Assembly: GCA_035281095.1 (NCBI GenBank)
Contig: DATEEP010000158.1
Location: 27,086-59,085, forward strand
Reading direction: 5' to 3'
Length of the DNA stretch: 32,000 nucleotides
Origin: Novosphingobium sp.
GTDB lineage: Bacteria > Pseudomonadota > Alphaproteobacteria > Sphingomonadales > Sphingomonadaceae
The position numbers were made by a program, and so were the translations under genes. Under the pieces are notes generated by a model. The model was not told where the DNA came from. It saw nothing but the letters and a program-made list of their open reading frames with translations, and ran no database searches. Positions 14,121-24,047 of this stretch are shown here, piece after piece. Positions within the stretch are counted from its first letter, which is position 1. Each line of letters opens with the position of its first letter.

Positions 14121-16346
14121 CTAATACGGCTCATCCCCCCGCCCATCGTCCACCACGATCATATGCAACCGCTCCTCTCCGGTCCCGCGAACATAAGCCC
14201 ATTCCTGCGGTCCGCCGTCGAAACGCAGCTTCTTCCGTTCAAAGCCCAGCTCGCGCATGGCATCGCCCAGCCGGGCGTTCTGGTCCTGCGTTTGCATGCC
14301 CTTCGGGATGCGCAGGATGCGCCACACGGCCGTGCTGCTTATCTTGCCGTTCTGCTCGCCGATGGCTTCGGCAATCGAAACGACGAAGGGGTCTTCGATC
14401 CGGCGGGCATCCTGCTCGCTCTCCGCCGCGCCCCACAGGCCTTCGTCGAGACGTATACTCGCGCCCGTTGCCTCCCGTACCGCCGCCTCTGCCCATAGCT
14501 GGTCCACATCGCGCCGTAGTGCCGTCAGGTCAAACCCCTCCACCTTCACCGGCCAGAACCGCCGGTTGCCGGTCAGGTCGCGCAGATACTGTTCGCTGTT
14601 CGTGGTGCCGAAGATCACGCACTGCCGGGGCGCGATAACGGGCAGGCGGGCGTACGACATTCGCGCTGTGTCCTGCTGGCGGGAGAGGAACCCCTTAAGG
14701 TGCTCCACCTCGCCTTTGCGCATGCCCTTCAACTCGGCGGCTTCCGCGATCCAGCGGCCAGACAGCCGCTCGATCACCACCTTGCTCTCCGCATTCAGGG
14801 GCAAATCGTCGATAAACCATTCGTCCCGCGCGGCCAGGACGCGAAGCGCAGACGACTTGTTCGTGCCCTGCTTGCTCTCCATCACCAGCATCTCGTCGAA
14901 CTTCACGCCCGGCTGGCGCACCCGGCGCACTGCCGCGACCAGCATCAACGATCCGACGGCGCGGGAGTAAGGCGTGTCGTCCGCGCCGCCATAGGCCGAT
15001 AGCCAGCCGTCGATCCGGGGAACGCCGTCCCACACCAGCCCGTCCAGAAAGTCGCGCACAGGATGGAAGGCAGAACGCCGGGCCGTATCGACTACCACCC
15101 TCACGAAGAAATCGAACGTGGGCCGGAAGCGATACCGGTCGTCGATTTCGAGCCAGAGGCGATTAAGCGCGGGATCATCGAGATATGGGCCGCAAGCTTC
15201 CAGCCCCGCAACAAGCGCCCGGTCCGCGAATAGATCGTGCCGGACGGCAACCTGCATTTTCGACATGGCCAGCCGGATGTTGTGCTGGTTGGGGTAGGGT
15301 ACGCCGTTCTTGTCGGTCTCGAACGGCTCCCCCTCCGCTTCCACCGCCTGCCGTGCGCGCTCCACCTGTCGCCACGCGTATTCGATATGGTTCTTCTGGA
15401 CGCGGATGTGGGCCGAGATGCCCCACGCGGCGTCGGTAAGGATGCCGACGATCAGCCCATCGGGCACCTTGCGCCGTACCAACTCGCAGCAGACCGCATA
15501 AACGACCTTCGAGCGGTCTCCGTCGAAATCCTCGGGGTTGTGCCCCTGCACGATCAACATGCGGCAGCGGCTGTCCTCGCCGATGCCCCACTGTTTGAGT
15601 TCGTCGATGTCGTCGAGCGGTCGGACATCGCCGCGCGGGATCGGTACACGGGTTATCCCGTCCGCCTTCGTCGGCGCATCGGCAGGCGCGCATCTAAACG
15701 CGCTCAAGGGATAGATGCGGTCGGGATGCAGTTCGACGATGGCAGTCGGGCGGGCAGGGCGGCCTGCATCCCGCTTCTTCTTGTTGGGCAAGTTCACGCT
15801 GCCGGGCAGCCGAAGCAGGCGGTCCACGTTATGCGTGCCCTCGTCCGCATCGAAGTCGATACGCAGTGCGCGTGCGCGTTCTTCTATGTCTACGACGCGC
15901 TCTTCCGCGCCACCAAGAAAGAACGGTTCGTCCAGCTTCCAGATAAGGTGCAGGCCGTTGCCGGAGCGGATTATGGCGGAGGGCGCAGGCGAGTGTGCCT
16001 GTTCGCGCAGTTCGGCCAGCTTGGTGTCCAGCCAGACGTCGATCTGTTCGGGCGGGAAGTCCTTTGGCGGGTCCAGATCGACATGCAGGTGGCAGGTCTC
16101 GACGAGGTCGGCCTTCTTGGGCTTCTGGTCTACGCCTTTCTGCTGGGCGGCGACGGTGTAGTACATGCCGTTCTGCCCGGAATGTTCCGCGACAAGCGCG
16201 CGCACGTCAGCGGCGGTGTTCGCCCAATACGTGGGCGTGCCGGTCTTCCAGTCCGGGTCCGAAACGGTAATCGGCCAAGGACCGCCGGGGCGCAGCCACT
16301 CCAAGAACTCGACGGCTGCCTCTGCATCCGTGCGGGGTTCGCTCAT
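14121..16346 (-). CDS. Primase-polymerase (AEP) fused to a VirE-type P-loop NTPase
   Basis: The N-terminal AEP motifs are HLHVDLD (DxD), SGNGLHLIW (sGxGxH) and LRLPGSVN. The C-terminal half resembles the virulence-associated protein E family: ..MLVMESKQGTNKSSAL.. (P-loop region) and RWIAEAAEL (Walker B-like). Confidence 0.88.
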   Translation of the reverse strand: MSEPRTDAEAAVEFLEWLRPGGPWPITVSDPDWKTGTPTYWANTAADVRALVAEHSGQNGMYYTVAAQQKGVDQKPKKADLVETCHLHVDLDPPKDFPPEQIDVWLDTKLAELREQAHSPAPSAIIRSGNGLHLIWKLDEPFFLGGAEERVVDIEERARALRIDFDADEGTHNVDRLLRLPGSVNLPNKKKRDAGRPARPTAIVELHPDRIYPLSAFRCAPADAPTKADGITRVPIPRGDVRPLDDIDELKQWGIGEDSRCRMLIVQGHNPEDFDGDRSKVVYAVCCELVRRKVPDGLIVGILTDAAWGISAHIRVQKNHIEYAWRQVERARQAVEAEGEPFETDKNGVPYPNQHNIRLAMSKMQVAVRHDLFADRALVAGLEACGPYLDDPALNRLWLEIDDRYRFRPTFDFFVRVVVDTARRSAFHPVRDFLDGLVWDGVPRIDGWLSAYGGADDTPYSRAVGSLMLVAAVRRVRQPGVKFDEMLVMESKQGTNKSSALRVLAARDEWFIDDLPLNAESKVVIERLSGRWIAEAAELKGMRKGEVEHLKGFLSRQQDTARMSYARLPVIAPRQCVIFGTTNSEQYLRDLTGNRRFWPVKVEGFDLTALRRDVDQLWAEAAVREATGASIRLDEGLWGAAESEQDARRIEDPFVVSIAEAIGEQNGKISSTAVWRILRIPKGMQTQDQNARLGDAMRELGFERKKLRFDGGPQEWAYVRGTGEERLHMIVVDDGRGDEPY

Positions 16347-16533
16347 ATCAAAAACTCGCTCTACGCTGGGCAGGCGGAGCGGGACGCGGCAATGGTAACG
16401 GGCAGATTATCAACGATCCGGGCTCTGCCCGGCCAGCGTAAGGGCCTATATAAGACCCGGCGCTGGGTTTTGGTCGGCTCCGCGCTCTCCATTGCTGGGT
16501 CTCACTGCTCGTACTCCGGCGGTGGGACCCAAC

Positions 16534-16731
16534 TCAGGCGGCCTCGCGGGCCGCCGCTCTCTCGCCAACCCAGCCCAGCACCTCCGAGCGCAGCCATGCG
16601 ACCTTGTTCGGGCCGAGATGCAACTGCTTCGGGAAGCGGCCTTCGCGAATCATCTGGTAAATGTGGACCTTCGAGAAGCCGATAAGTTGTTCGACTTCCT
16701 TCATGGTCATGAGCCGGTCGTCCGGGTCCAT
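16534..16731 (-). CDS. alpA: AlpA-family excisionase / transcriptional regulator
   Basis: MTMKEVEQLIGFSKVHIYQMIREGRFPKQLHLGPNKVAWLRSEVLGWV matches the AlpA HTH pattern. AAGGA lies upstream of the ATG at 16731. Confidence 0.85.
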   Translation of the reverse strand: MDPDDRLMTMKEVEQLIGFSKVHIYQMIREGRFPKQLHLGPNKVAWLRSEVLGWVGERAAAREAA

Positions 16732-16814
16732 AGTCTCGTCCTTCTAGCCGTATGGGCGGGTATGGACGGATTATCGGCGGTTAGCTTGGCGCCCGGAATT
16801 TCTAAAGAAATCGG

Positions 16815-17369
16815 CTATTTCGCTCTTTTCTTTCGCGTCGGCAGTTCATTTCGGGCGTTGAGTTCGCGGAGATAGCTGTCGGCTCGTCGTTCGGCCGTTG
16901 CACGATCTTGACCGAACACGTCGGGGAACAGCCTGACGAGGTGGAAGCCAACAAATCGGCACGCTGGGTGGGGAGCCTTGCCCTCGCTCTCGCGGTGCGC
17001 ACGATTGCCCACCTCGGCTGGGCCATTATCTTCGACGAAGATCGCGAACAGTTCGCGAACCGCAGCTTTCACCGGCCACACCTCAGGCCGCTCTCCCTGT
17101 TTTCCCAAACTTTCCGACAGCAATGCTTGTGCTGCTAAACTTGGATCAAAGGCAGCGGGTTCTTCTTTGTTGTGCTGGTTCGAGAGCTCACATTGGATCC
17201 ACCATTTCGCCTCGGGCTCAAGTGCTTCCCAAGCGGCAACGAACTTGGCGACACCCTTTGTTTCAGCCTTTCGACGATGGTGCAGGAAGGAAAGATCGAC
17301 ACTCGCGCCGTCGATGGCGCTCCGGACCCGTTCCTCTGCCTCTGGCGTCAGTTCCACAGCTTCCCCCAC
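16815..17369 (-). CDS. Hypothetical protein (184 aa) between int and alpA
   Basis: Uninterrupted ORF on the island's main strand with somewhat lower GC. It overlaps the integrase end by 22 nt. No motif recognised. Confidence 0.5.
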   Translation of the reverse strand: MGEAVELTPEAEERVRSAIDGASVDLSFLHHRRKAETKGVAKFVAAWEALEPEAKWWIQCELSNQHNKEEPAAFDPSLAAQALLSESLGKQGERPEVWPVKAAVRELFAIFVEDNGPAEVGNRAHRESEGKAPHPACRFVGFHLVRLFPDVFGQDRATAERRADSYLRELNARNELPTRKKRAK

Positions 17370-18658
17370 GTCTCCAGCGCTGCGCGCTTCTCGTCCAGAT
17401 AGCTGTAGCGGTTATAGGTGCCCGCCACACCCTGCACCACGTGGCCAAGCACGCGCTCTATGTGTTCCTGTTGCACGCCCAGCCGGGCCATGTGCGTGGC
17501 GACGGAGCGGCGGATGTCGTGTACGGTCCAGTTGGGCACGGCGGCCAGTTCGATGCCCTCTGCTGCGGCTTTCGCCGCCTGCTCCTCGATCAATTCGTCA
17601 ATTCGGGACTTCGCCTTCGAAAACCCGCTCACGGGGCGCACGCCGCTGGTGGTGGAGAACATGCAGTCGCCGCCGTTCCAGTTGGGCAGGGACTGGACAA
17701 GCGACCACGCCGGGGCCGACAGCGGGAAGATGTGCGGGCGCTTCGTCTTGTAGCGCGACGAAGGTATCTCGACGGTGCGCTGCTCCGCGTCGATCCATCC
17801 GCGTTCCAGCTCCGCGATCTCGGAGCGGCGCTGGCCGGTCAGGATCAACATTTGGTACATCGGGCCGAAGGGATAGCCGAACTTGACGGCGGCGTCCTAG
17901 ATGCGGCGCAATTCGTCCATCGACAGCACGCGCTCGCGCGGGGCGTAGCCCAACTCGGGCCGTCGCATGCCCGCCAGCGGACTGGCTGGCAGGTGTCCGC
18001 GATCCGCTGCCCAGTTGAACATCTTGGTCAGGTGCTTGCGCAGTTCGCGGGCGAGGGCTGGTCCGCGCCGCGTAACGACGTCGTCGAGCAAGTCGTGCAC
18101 CTCCGCGCGACTGATCGTCTCGACCAGTCGGCCTCGCCAGATCGGGAGGGCGTGGTCGGTGATGAGTCGTTCGGCGGGAACGCGGCCGAGCTTGCCGTTC
18201 GGTCCCTTGGGCGTGGCCTCGGCCTTGCCCTCCTGCGCGTCCGCAAGCAGCTTGGCGCGGTCGCGGGCGAAGCGCCCGTCTTTCGTGTTGGGCTTCACGT
18301 GCAGTTCCACGAAGCGGTCCAGCACGGCCTCGAAAGAGCGGGAGGCCTCCGCGCTTCGCTTCTCGGCGCGCAGATCGCGGGCGTCCTTGCCCCGGTCGGC
18401 CGGTTCGAGCACTGCCTTCGCCGCTTCCCGCGCGGCGGTCAGGCCCATCAGCGGGTATTCGCCAACCTTGAGCCGGATCAGCTTGCCGCGCGTGCCGTTG
18501 TCGCCGGCACCGGCAAGGCGGTACATCACGTACCACGACTTGCGCCCTCTCTCCGTGACCCGGAGCGTCAGCCCGGAGAGATAGGTGTCGTGCACCTCGT
18601 AACGGTCGGCCTTTGGGGCATATTTCTCGACGCCCAAATCGGTCAGTCTGGCTTGCAT
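17348..18658 (-). pseudogene. int: Tyrosine integrase (P4-like, DUF4102-type arm-binding N-terminus) interrupted by one in-frame TAG
   Basis: Track ORFs 17897..18658 and 17348..17860 share one frame, and the only stop between them is TAG at 17897-17899. The catalytic residues are present downstream (TGQRRSE, HDIRRS, LGH, YNRYSY). Confidence 0.85.
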
Positions 18659-18820
18659 GGTCGGCTCCGGGGTAATCTCGGGGTAACTGAAAATGGGGCT
18701 ATGGGGACATATTCGCCCATACCGCCCTTTACCCCGAAATACGCCTAACCCCGTAGAAAACCTAATGTTTTCCCGCTAGATCTTATTGCTGCTTACTCGC
18801 CGATACGCTATCGTTGGAAA

Positions 18821-18867
18821 TTGGTAAGGGTGAGGTCGGGAGTTCAATCCTCCCCAGCAGCACCATT
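18821..18867. repeat. attR (duplicate of the tRNA-Thr 3-prime part)
   Basis: 47/47 identity with 8482-8528. There is no 5-prime tRNA half upstream of it. Confidence 0.95.
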
Positions 18868-19001
18868 TCCGTTCCGCTCATGCCGGCCTGCGACTGGCGC
18901 TTTTCCGCGCTTCCGGTGCTCACGTACTGGAAATACGCTGCGCGCCGGATCACGGCGAAGCACCATTCTCGGCTCGGCCTGAGCGAAACGACAGGCGGAC
19001 T

Positions 19002-20720
19002 TCAGTGCGCCACGGCGGCGGCGCCGATGCCGGTTTCGGCGCGCACTTCCTGTTCCTCGAACGCGGCTATGTCGATCGCGGCGCGGGGGCTCTTGTCGAG
19101 CACCGAGAACAGCCAGATGCCGAAAAAGCCGATGCTGACCGAGAACAGCGCGGGCGACATGAACGGGAACGGCGCGGTCTCGTATCCCAGCACCTTGACC
19201 CAGATCGCGGGCGACAGGACCGTCAGCACCAGCGCGGTCAGGACGCCCAGCGAGCCGCCGATGACAGCCCCCCTGGTAGTGCAGCCCTTCCACAGCAGCG
19301 CCATCAGCAGCACCGGGAAGTTGCCCGACGCGGCGATGGCGAAGGCGAGGCTCACCATGAACGCGACGTTTTGCTTCTCGAACAGGATGCCCAGCGCGAT
19401 CGCCACCGCCGCGAGGACGATGGTCGTGACGCGCGAGACCTTGAGTTCGCTTTTCGAATCGGCCGCGCCCTTGCGGATCACGGTCGCATAGACCTCGTGG
19501 CTGATCGCCGACGCGCCGGACAGCGTCAGCCCGGCGACCACCGCCAGGATCGTGGCGAAGGCGACGGCGGAGATGAAGCCCAGGAACACGTCGCCCCCCA
19601 CCGCCTGCGCCAGGTGGATCGCCGCCATGTTGCCGCCGCCGCGCAAGGTGCCGTCGGGTGCCAGGAAGCCGGGGTCGGTCGCCACCAGCACGATCGCGCC
19701 GAAGCCGATGATGAAGGTCAGCATGTAGAAATAGCCGATCCAGGTCGTTGCCCAGAACACCGAGCTGCGCGCCGCGCGCGCGTCGGGCACGGTGAAGAAG
19801 CGCATCAGGATGTGCGGCAGTCCGGCCGTGCCGAACATCAGCGCCATGCCGAAGGAGAAGGCGGAGATCGGATCGGTCAGGAAATTGCCCGGCCCCATGA
19901 TCGACAGGCCCTTGGCGGCGGCCTCTTCCGGGGATGCTCCGGCGGTGGCGGCAAGGCCGGTCTTCACCTCCACCGCGCGGGCAAACAGCGCGGAGGGAGA
20001 AAAGCCGAACTGCGCCAGGACCATGACGGCGATGAAGGTCGCGCCGCCCAGCAGCAGCACCGCCTTGGTGATCTGGACCCAGGTCGTCGCGGTCATGCCG
20101 CCGAACAGCACGTAGATCATCATCAGCGCGCCAACGATGATCACGGCGTATTCGTAAGGCAGGCCGAACAGCAGCCGGATCAGCTGCCCCGCCCCGACCA
20201 TCTGCGCGATCAGGTAGAACACCACCACCGCCAGCGTGCTGAACGCCGCGAACAGCCGCACCGGCGTCTGCGCGAAGCGGTAGGAGGCGACGTCGCCGAA
20301 CGTGAAGCGGCCAAGGTTGCGCAGGCGCTCCGCCATCAGGAACATCAGGATCGGCCAGCCGACGAGGAAGCCGATGGAATAGACCAGCCCGTCATAGCCG
20401 TCGGTGAAGATCTGCGCCGAGATGCCGAGGAACGAGGCGGCGGACATGTAGTCGCCGGCGATGGCGAGGCCGTTCTGGAAGCCGTTGACCTTGCCGCCGG
20501 CGGTGTAGAAGTCCGCCGCCGTGCGCGTCTGGCGCGCGGCCCAGGCGGTGATGCCCAGGGTCAGGACCACGAACACCGCGAACATCGCGATCGCGGTCCA
20601 GTTGGTCGCTTGCTGCTCCGCCTGAAGGTCGAGCCCGGCCGCGTGGGCCAGAGGAGCGAAAGTGGCCATTGTGCCGACGAGCAGCGCGGCGAGGGCGGTT
20701 CCGGGGAGCGTGACCCTCAC
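19002..20720 (-). CDS. actP: Cation/acetate symporter (sodium:solute symporter family)
   Basis: 572 aa polytopic membrane protein with an SSS-like sequence. It is preceded by a DUF485 gene with a 4-nt overlap, the classic yjcH-actP pair. Confidence 0.88.
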   Translation of the reverse strand: MRVTLPGTALAALLVGTMATFAPLAHAAGLDLQAEQQATNWTAIAMFAVFVVLTLGITAWAARQTRTAADFYTAGGKVNGFQNGLAIAGDYMSAASFLGISAQIFTDGYDGLVYSIGFLVGWPILMFLMAERLRNLGRFTFGDVASYRFAQTPVRLFAAFSTLAVVVFYLIAQMVGAGQLIRLLFGLPYEYAVIIVGALMMIYVLFGGMTATTWVQITKAVLLLGGATFIAVMVLAQFGFSPSALFARAVEVKTGLAATAGASPEEAAAKGLSIMGPGNFLTDPISAFSFGMALMFGTAGLPHILMRFFTVPDARAARSSVFWATTWIGYFYMLTFIIGFGAIVLVATDPGFLAPDGTLRGGGNMAAIHLAQAVGGDVFLGFISAVAFATILAVVAGLTLSGASAISHEVYATVIRKGAADSKSELKVSRVTTIVLAAVAIALGILFEKQNVAFMVSLAFAIAASGNFPVLLMALLWKGCTTRGAVIGGSLGVLTALVLTVLSPAIWVKVLGYETAPFPFMSPALFSVSIGFFGIWLFSVLDKSPRAAIDIAAFEEQEVRAETGIGAAAVAH

Positions 20721-21031
20721 GCCTCCGACTCCGCCACCACCTGGCGGGTCAGCCGGTCGAATTCGGAATTGGCGCGCCAGACGTAAAAGCCCGTCAGCGC
20801 CACGGTCACGCCGATGAGCCCGAGGCCGACCGGGATGCCGAGCGAGGTTACGCCTTCGCCGATCGGGGCGGCGAGCAGCGACTTGTCGAACGCGATCAGC
20901 GAAATGAAGCCGTAATAAAGGACCAGCATCACCACGGTCAGGCGGACGCCGAGGCGGCCTCTGCGGCGAACCAGCGTGCGATAGGCCTCGCTCCGCCTGA
21001 TGCGCGCCAGCTTCTCGGTATCCATCGCCAT
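20717..21031 (-). CDS. DUF485 inner-membrane protein (YjcH-like)
   Basis: 104 aa with two TM helices and a C-terminal [10 protein letters not shown] motif. It is coupled to actP. Confidence 0.8.
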   Translation of the reverse strand: MAMDTEKLARIRRSEAYRTLVRRRGRLGVRLTVVMLVLYYGFISLIAFDKSLLAAPIGEGVTSLGIPVGLGLIGVTVALTGFYVWRANSEFDRLTRQVVAESEA

Positions 21032-21144
21032 ATCGGTGCCCTCCCGGCGCCCCTTGGTAAGGGCGCGGCGACAGGCGTCAAGCGGTGCTGGCGCGGCGCC
21101 GCCAAATCGTGTAGGCGGGCAGCGTTTGCGAACGGGGACTGCTG

Positions 21145-21756
21145 GTGCGAGCGGGAAAGCTGATTGCCGATGCTTGCGCGCTGATGGCGCTGTGCCTGCC
21201 GGGCGTGGCGCGTGCCGACGTGCTGGAAATCAACGGCTCTGGGCACACGTGGATCGCGGGCGGCCCGGTGGCGGCAGGGCCGTTCGTGGAGGCCGACGCC
21301 GCCGAGGCATCGCCAGCGGTGACATTCGAGACTGCGCCGCTCTCGGTGACCGAAGTGCTCGACACGGCGGGCCCCGCGCAATGGCGCGCGCGCGTGGCGG
21401 AGCTCGCTGCGAAGTATGATATCAGTCCGACGCTGCTCGAAGCCGTGGTCTGGCAGGAAAGCCGGTGGAACCCCTCGGCGGTCTCGCCTGTCGGCGCGCG
21501 CGGCCTCACCCAGCTGATGCCCGGCACCGCGCGGATGATGGGCGTGGACTCGCGCAACCCGCATGCCAACCTCGAAGGCGGGGCGCGTTACTTGCGGCTG
21601 CAGCTCGATGCGTTCGGCGGTGACATCGAAAAGGCGCTGGCCGCCTACAATGCCGGGCCCGGTCGCGTGATCAAGGCGGGCGGCATCCCCCGCATCCGCG
21701 AGACGCAGATGTACGTTGCCTCGATCATGGCGCGCCTCAGCGAACCGGTGCGTTAA
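21145..21756 (+). CDS. Lytic transglycosylase (SLT domain), secreted
   Basis: Signal peptide ..ALMALCLPGVARA. SLT motifs ESRWNPSAVSPVGARGLTQLMPGTA and AYNAGPGRV. GTG start. Confidence 0.85.
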   Translation: MRAGKLIADACALMALCLPGVARADVLEINGSGHTWIAGGPVAAGPFVEADAAEASPAVTFETAPLSVTEVLDTAGPAQWRARVAELAAKYDISPTLLEAVVWQESRWNPSAVSPVGARGLTQLMPGTARMMGVDSRNPHANLEGGARYLRLQLDAFGGDIEKALAAYNAGPGRVIKAGGIPRIRETQMYVASIMARLSEPVR

Positions 21757-22664
21757 CCGGCGTCACGCAGCAGTTTCCGGGCGATCTCCCGCACCTCGGC
21801 GCCAATGTCCTCGCGCTCCAGCGCCAGCGCCAGCGTTGCTTCCACGAATCCGAGCTTGGATCCGCAGTCGAAGCGTCGGCCCTTGAACGTCACCGCGTGG
21901 AACGGCTGGCTGCCGATCATCCGGGCCATCGCGTCGGTCAGCTGGATCTCCCCGCCCGCGCCCTTTTCCTGCGTCTCCAGCGTGCGCATGACTTCGGGCT
22001 GGAGGATGTAGCGGCCCGAGATGATGAGGTTGGATGGCGCATCCTCGACCCTGGGCTTCTCGACCAGACCCCTCACTTCCGTCAGCGTGCCGTCGAGCAG
22101 GTCCGACGTGGGTCCCGGCGCGATCACGCCGTAGCTGGAAACCTCTTCACGCGGCACTTCGAGCACGCTGATCAGGTTGCCGCCGACTTCCTCGTAGGCT
22201 TCGATCATCTGCTTCATGCAGCCGCCGGTTCCGTCGTTTCGGCCGACCATCAGCTCGTCGGGCAGGAAGATCGCGAAAGGCTCGTCGCCGACGATGCCGC
22301 GCGCGCACCAGATCGCGTGGCCGAGGCCCAGCGGCACTTGCTGGCGCACGGTCACGAGGTTCCCCGGCTTGATGCGGGTGGGCGACAGCGCGTCGAGCGA
22401 CTTGCCCCGCTCGCCCATCGTCGCCTCAAGCTCGAACGCGGTGTCGAAATGCTCGACCAGCGCGGTCTTGCCGCGCCCGGTGACGAAGATGAATTCCTCG
22501 ATCCCCGCCTCGCGTGCCTCGTCGACCGCGTACTGGATCAGCGGGCGGTCGACGACCGGCAGCAGCTCCTTGGGAATCGCCTTGGTGGCGGGGAGGAAGC
22601 GCGTGCCGAGGCCGGCCACGGGAAAGACCGCCTTGCGGACAGGTTTGCGTGTCGAAGATGTCAT
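21753..22664 (-). CDS. galU: UTP--glucose-1-phosphate uridylyltransferase
   Basis: KAVFPVAGLGTRFLPATKAIPKELLPVVDRPLIQYAVDEA; 303 aa. Confidence 0.92.
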   Translation of the reverse strand: MTSSTRKPVRKAVFPVAGLGTRFLPATKAIPKELLPVVDRPLIQYAVDEAREAGIEEFIFVTGRGKTALVEHFDTAFELEATMGERGKSLDALSPTRIKPGNLVTVRQQVPLGLGHAIWCARGIVGDEPFAIFLPDELMVGRNDGTGGCMKQMIEAYEEVGGNLISVLEVPREEVSSYGVIAPGPTSDLLDGTLTEVRGLVEKPRVEDAPSNLIISGRYILQPEVMRTLETQEKGAGGEIQLTDAMARMIGSQPFHAVTFKGRRFDCGSKLGFVEATLALALEREDIGAEVREIARKLLRDAG

Positions 22665-22758
22665 GGAGCGGCGATATGACCCGTTGATATTGCACTGCGA
22701 TTAAACCCGCAATGCAGTGCCGTTGCAACTGTTACATCGTTCGCGCTAGAGGCTGGCG

Positions 22759-24042
22759 ATGGACAAGATCATCATTCGCGGCGGCAAGCGGCTTTCCGGC
22801 ACCATTCCCGTCTCCGGGGCCAAGAACTCGGCGCTTACGCTGTTGCCCTGCGCGCTGCTCACCGACGAGCCGCTGACGCTGCGCAACCTGCCGCGCCTCG
22901 CCGACATCGACGGGTTCCAGCACCTGCTCAACCAGTTCGGCGTCTCCACCACCATCGCCGGCTCGCGGCCCGAGGATTTCGGCCGGGTGATGACGCTGGA
23001 GGCGACGCGGATCACCAGCAACGTCGCGCCCTATGACCTCGTGCGCAAGATGCGCGCCTCGATCCTGGTGCTCGGCCCGATGCTGGCGCGGATGGGCGAG
23101 GCCAAGGTCTCGCTGCCCGGCGGCTGCGCCATCGGCAACCGGCCGATCGACCTCCACCTCAAGGCGATGGAGGCGCTGGGCGCGACGATCGAGCTGGCGG
23201 AAGGCTACGTCCGCGCCGTGGCGCCGGACGGCGGCCTTCCCGGCGGCCGCTACAGCTTCCCGATCGTGTCGGTCGGCGCCACCGAGAACGCGCTGATGAC
23301 GGCGGTGCTCGCCAAGGGCAAGAGCACGCTCCACAACGCCGCGCGCGAGCCCGAGATCGTCGACTTGTGCAACCTGCTGATTGCTATGGGCGCGCAGATC
23401 GAGGGCGTCGGCACTTCGGACCTGACCATCCATGGCGTCCCGCGCCTGCACGGCGCGACCTATCGCGTCATGGCGGACCGGATCGAGGCGGGCAGCTATG
23501 CCTGCGCGGCGGCGATCACCGGCGGCGAAGTGACGCTCACCGGCTCCAGGATCGAGGAGATGGAAGCCACGGTGCAGTCGCTGCGCGACGCGGGGCTGAC
23601 GGTCGAGCCGCGGCCCGACGGCATCCATGTCGTTGCCGATGGCCCCTTGCGCGCCGTCAACGTCTCGACCGCGCCCTATCCGGGTTTCGCCACCGACATG
23701 CAGGCGCAGCTGATGGCGCTGATGTGCCTGGCGCAAGGGACCAGCGTGCTCAACGAGACGATCTTCGAGAACCGCTACATGCATGTCCCCGAACTCAACC
23801 GCATGGGCGCCCAGATCGAGACGTCGGGCCGCACCGCCATCGTTCACGGCGTCTCGCGGCTGTCGGGCGCGGAAGTCATGGCGACCGACTTGCGCGCGTC
23901 GATGAGCCTCGTCATCGCCGGGCTCGCGGCCCAGGGGGAAACGCAGGTCCACCGGCTCTACCACCTCGATCGCGGATACGAGCGGCTGGAGGAGAAGCTG
24001 GCTCTGCTCGGCGCCGATATCCAGCGTGTCGGCGACGACTAG
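22759..24042 (+). CDS. murA: UDP-N-acetylglucosamine 1-carboxyvinyltransferase
   Basis: [26 protein letters not shown]..; 427 aa of the EPSP-synthase fold family. Confidence 0.96.
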   Translation: MDKIIIRGGKRLSGTIPVSGAKNSALTLLPCALLTDEPLTLRNLPRLADIDGFQHLLNQFGVSTTIAGSRPEDFGRVMTLEATRITSNVAPYDLVRKMRASILVLGPMLARMGEAKVSLPGGCAIGNRPIDLHLKAMEALGATIELAEGYVRAVAPDGGLPGGRYSFPIVSVGATENALMTAVLAKGKSTLHNAAREPEIVDLCNLLIAMGAQIEGVGTSDLTIHGVPRLHGATYRVMADRIEAGSYACAAAITGGEVTLTGSRIEEMEATVQSLRDAGLTVEPRPDGIHVVADGPLRAVNVSTAPYPGFATDMQAQLMALMCLAQGTSVLNETIFENRYMHVPELNRMGAQIETSGRTAIVHGVSRLSGAEVMATDLRASMSLVIAGLAAQGETQVHRLYHLDRGYERLEEKLALLGADIQRVGDD

Positions 24043-24047
24043 CGCGG

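Larger units (their letters stand above)
8482..18867. mobile_element. Integrated ~10.3-kb phage-satellite-like genomic island at tRNA-Thr
   Basis: It is bounded by a perfect 47-bp direct repeat. It contains an integrase, an AlpA-like gene, a PrimPol-VirE gene and a TerS-like gene. The centre is AT-richer. There are no virion structural genes. Confidence 0.85.

Noticed and set aside
15237-16685. 482-aa and other long plus-strand ORFs across the primase/alpA region (also 17123..18748 across the integrase)
   Set aside because: They are antisense to genes with clear AEP/VirE, AlpA and integrase motifs and have no motifs of their own.
19005-20786. 593-aa ORF antisense to actP/DUF485
   Set aside because: The Arg/Asp/Gly-rich translation has no motif. 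The opposite strand encodes a coherent polytopic transporter.
22700-22735. Apparent inverted repeat (attgcactgc .. gcaatgcagtgc) in the galU-murA divergent region
   Set aside because: On checking, the sub-arms are not in nested order, so at most 7 bp can pair at once. That is too weak to call an operator.
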